From NCBI GenBank assembly GCA_030141605.1, contig JAQGDQ010000003.1:496001-560000 (forward strand): 64,000 nucleotides of DNA, in the 5' to 3' direction. Under the pieces are notes generated by a model. The model did not search any database. It had not been told where the DNA came from and saw nothing but the letters and a program-made list of their open reading frames with translations. Made by a program: the position numbers and the translations under genes. Positions within the stretch are counted from its first letter, which is position 1, and every line of letters begins with the position of its first letter. Positions 60,541 through 64,000 of this stretch are shown piece after piece. The DNA comes from Tubiluchus corallicola (taxonomy: Eukaryota > Animalia > Priapulida).

Positions 60541-61792
60541 ATGGCTGATGGCGAGAGGAAAAGCTGTGTTCTGTGTAGGAATGCAAAAAAGCCTGTCAAC
60601 AAGAAAACTGTATCAATAGTAATCTGTGACCGGTGTTTTGATAAATCAGCCTGTACAGACCAGCCTGAAACGTACAGAGAAAGGGTTAATTCAATTTCTC
60701 TTACAAAAACAAACGCAAGTGGTCAGAGCAATAGCACTGAAACTTTAAAGGCCCAAATACTGGAATTGGTTGAGCAAGAGGAAAGCCAGCGAAAATTACA
60801 GTACATGTTAAATTGGCTCTTGGAAAACGATGAGTGATCAGCTCAAAAATTAGTACTAGAAAAATTGACCAGTGTGGACAGAGAATTAGAGGCATTAAAT
60901 GACAATGTAAAGAAACTAACCAATAGTAAACCTGGTGTCTCATACAGCTCAGCAGTGAAAGACAGCCTAGGAAAGCAACAGCTCAAATTAACTAGCGGCA
61001 AAAGTGACAGTGCTATGACGACGCCCTCTTATAGATCCGCCCGCAAGACTGACAGCATTGCTTCAAATGTGCGGTACAAGCCTGAGTGTACGGTAATTAT
61101 CGAGAACGTAAAAAGCAAAGAAATAGTTAGGAACAGTATGTCGATTAAAAAAACACCTTAGTGAGAAATTTCCCAGATTCAGGTTTGATACAGCTTATAA
61201 GACAGCTAGAGGAAAAATTCAAATACAGCTCAGAAGTGAGGAAGAAGCTGATGGCATCGTAGAGGGTTGGAGAGAAAATTTCCTTGGTACCGAGACTGTA
61301 GCAAGGAAACCTTAACAAAACGCAATCGGTCTTCTCAAAGACTGCGATACGTCCTTAACAGATGATGAGATAAAAGCGGACATTTGTCGTGCATTTTGGG
61401 ATGCCAAAATTGAAAGATTTAAACGGAAAGACAAATCACCCCTACCACTGGTTAAAGTGACATTTGCAACAGAGAAAGACCTCGATTTGGCAATGCGAGA
61501 CGGTATTCCAGTTGGAAAAATGTATTGTGGTGTGGAGAAATTTGTGTTCAAAAATAGGCCATTGATTTGCTACAATTGTTACAGTTATGGTCATGTCGCA
61601 AAATGGTGCGCTCGCAAAGTGGTCTGTGGAAACTGTGCAGAAAATCATAAGACGGATGATTGCAAAAATGACGAAGAAAAGTGCAAAAACTGCAAAGGTG
61701 GTCATAGATCTTGGTCAAGGGATTGCCCTATCTACAAACAGGAGCACGCTCGCATAAATGGGGAAGCAGACGACACATGCCATGTTTGCTAG
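60541..61792 (+). pseudogene. LINE ORF1 (gag-like: N-terminal CxxC..CxxC, coiled coil, three zinc knuckles), disrupted
   Basis: CYNCYSYGHVAKWC, CGNCAENHKTDDC, CKNCKGGHRSWSRDC; in-frame TGA 60835-60837, frameshift in the A-run near 61150, TAA 61313-61315. Confidence 0.9.
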
Positions 61793-64000
61793 TATAAACA
61801 ACACATTGAAGGTGTGTCAAATAAACATAAACAAATTTTCTAATCACTCGAAATTAGCAGTTGATACATTTGTCAATGATCATCAATGTGATATTGTGGC
61901 CTTACAGGAGATCAAAGTACTTGAGAAAGATATAGCGCAAGTATCTTTATCCAACTACATCAGTTACGCAAAGCCATCCAAAGGATATTCGGGTGGGAGT
62001 GGTCTAATGATTAGAACTGGCTTCACCAGCTGCAGAGTGCCTGAACTGGACCTCCTGAGTTAGATACTGTCTGGGTTATCGCATACATTTATGGCAGGAA
62101 ATATTTGATAAACTCTATATATATAACTCCTAACAATCCTCAGCTAGTGGAAATATATGTGAAAAATATTAAAAATGCTTATAAATTTGCCGAGACTCAT
62201 GGCATAACCAATTTTTTATCCGTTGGAGACTTAAACGCGCGTAGTTATGCATGAGACCACAACTTGAACACTCATGGAAGACTTATAAACGACTTACTTG
62301 CAGATAATAATATGGACTTAGCCGTTATTGCGCCCAACATAGAAACTTTTCAATCGATAACCGGGAAGAGCATCATAGATATCATTTTAGCATCAAAACG
62401 TAGCGCAAATGGTATTTTAACGCAAACAGTGCGCACTGACGTTGAGCTGTTTACAGGAGCACCACAAATGGGACATTTTCCTGTAATAACTGAGTTTAGA
62501 GCAGGTGGTCCAAAACCTGAGAATACTAAGGTCCGCTATGACTTTAAAAATAGCGATTGGACTCAATGGTCAGCAGCTCTTGAAAATAATTTAAGACAAT
62601 GTTTCACCAGAATTGCTGCAGAGTTAGAAAACAACAATGCAGAAGCCGTGTGGACACTCTTTTTACAATCTGTTCAGGAAAGCTGTAGTGAAGCATCAGT
62701 GACTAAACGTATCTGCACACACAGCAAGCCATTTTGGACACCACAATTATCTGAACTATTACGAGAACTCAGACAACTAAGAAAGAACTACAAGCGGCAC
62801 TCCAATTATGTCAATGTGAGTGCATATCTTGATAAAAAGACTCAGTTTGAAAACATATTAGCTGCAGAGTTAAATGACTGGGTTGTTAGTAATACTGTCA
62901 ACTTAAATGTCCAGCAAGGCAAAGCTTTCTGGAAAACTTATAAAAAAGTGTTTGTTGAAAATTGCCAGAATGAGGTTGCTGTGTTGAAATGGCAGGGAAA
63001 GTATTATGTAAAAGATGAAGATAAATGTAAGATATTGTATAACACGTTTTTTGCTGGGGCGCATTTTAGGGGAAGTAATTTTGATCAGGGATGGTATCAC
63101 CGTATAGAGAATGAAGTGCAAGGCATAAATTTTGAAGAACCACATAACGTTTGGTATAACGAACCCTTCACTATGAATGAATTAAAATTTGCGATAAACA
63201 GTGTGAAAGTAAATGATAAAAGTATGGTTATTGACGGAAACCACCCGCTCTTGGTAAAGCACACTGGGTTTTGGGGGAAAAGTGTACTACTCAACCTAGC
63301 TAATTTGTGCTTAACGAAAGGAATATGGCCTTGGCAAAAAGCAAAAGTAGTTTTCATACGCAAAGATGGTAAAAACGACTACAGTAACCCATCGAACTAC
63401 AGGCCCATCACTATTTCATCTTACTACAGCAAAATAATTGAGAAACTTATTGAAAACCGGTTGAGGAAGTGGTTTAACGATCATAATATTATTGATATAG
63501 AACAGGAAGGGTTCAAGCCAGGGCATAATACAAACCGTTACATACTAAGGCTGGTTTCAGTTATCGAGAGAAAGAGACTTGAAGGGCAACTCGGCATTGG
63601 GATATTCTGCGATTTCCAGAAAGCCTTTGACAGTGTGTGGATAAATGGCTTAATTTTTAAACTGATACAGTCTGGTATCAAAGGTAACTTGCTGAATGTA
63701 ATCTGTAGTTTTTTAAAAAATAGGACAATTGTGATGAAGCTAAATGAATTTATATCAGCAGAATATCGATGCCATATAGGAGTCCCACAAGGCTCGGTTT
63801 TGTCCCCTTTATTGTTTATATTCTACATAGCAGACATGTTTAATGAACTGGATTTTAATCAAAACTTAGCTAAGTTTAAATATGCCGATGATGGCACAGT
63901 TTATATTTCTGCTGTCTCTGCTCAGGTCTGTCAGGATATTGCACAGCAATGTTGTGTTAAATTGTACGAGTGGTGCCAAAAGTGGAGGCAAATTTTAAAT
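61782..64000 (+). pseudogene. LINE ORF2 (APE endonuclease + reverse transcriptase), disrupted near its 5' end, open from 62255 to the window end
   Basis: QININ, DIVALQE, GGSG, GDLNA, IIDI; NYRPITI, QEGF, DFQKAFDSV, GVPQGSVLSPLLF, YADD; frameshift near 62055 and TGA at 62252-62254. Confidence 0.95.

Larger units (their letters stand above)
60181..64000 (+). mobile_element. Non-LTR retrotransposon (I-group-like LINE), 5'-intact, continues beyond window
   Basis: Putative 5' UTR, ORF1 with three CCHC knuckles, overlapping ORF2 with APE endonuclease and RT; exact 5' end uncertain. Confidence 0.95.

Overview
AT-rich eukaryotic (metazoan, probably marine invertebrate) genomic DNA, not prokaryotic; most short ORFs in the track are noise. 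The left part holds a minus-strand hnRNP K gene. Eight internal coding exons (11851 down to 2177) splice in phase to give KH1, KH2 and the RGG-rich KI region; the 3' end (KH3) lies outside the window. The best start-codon exon is at 30391-30403 (MADAG), with other phase-compatible candidates at 23054-23072 and 50705-50780. A divergently oriented ammonium transporter (Amt family) gene starts near 58.3 kb on the plus strand. Downstream of its first coding exon lies a 5'-intact but disabled I-group-like LINE (zinc-knuckle ORF1, APE endonuclease, YADD reverse transcriptase). Introns and intergenic DNA carry a complete non-autonomous Helitron, a hAT-type MITE with an 8-bp TSD, Helentron-type elements, L2/CR1 remnants, 5S-derived fragments, a fold-back palindrome and micro/minisatellites. 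The most interesting signal is a candidate splicing-control module in the KH1-encoding part of hnRNP K. It combines a frame-shifting 44-nt exon, whose C-rich acceptor has a distal polypyrimidine tract and may depend on RNA structure, with an unannotated in-frame 12-nt microexon flanked by YCAY and TGCATG motifs.
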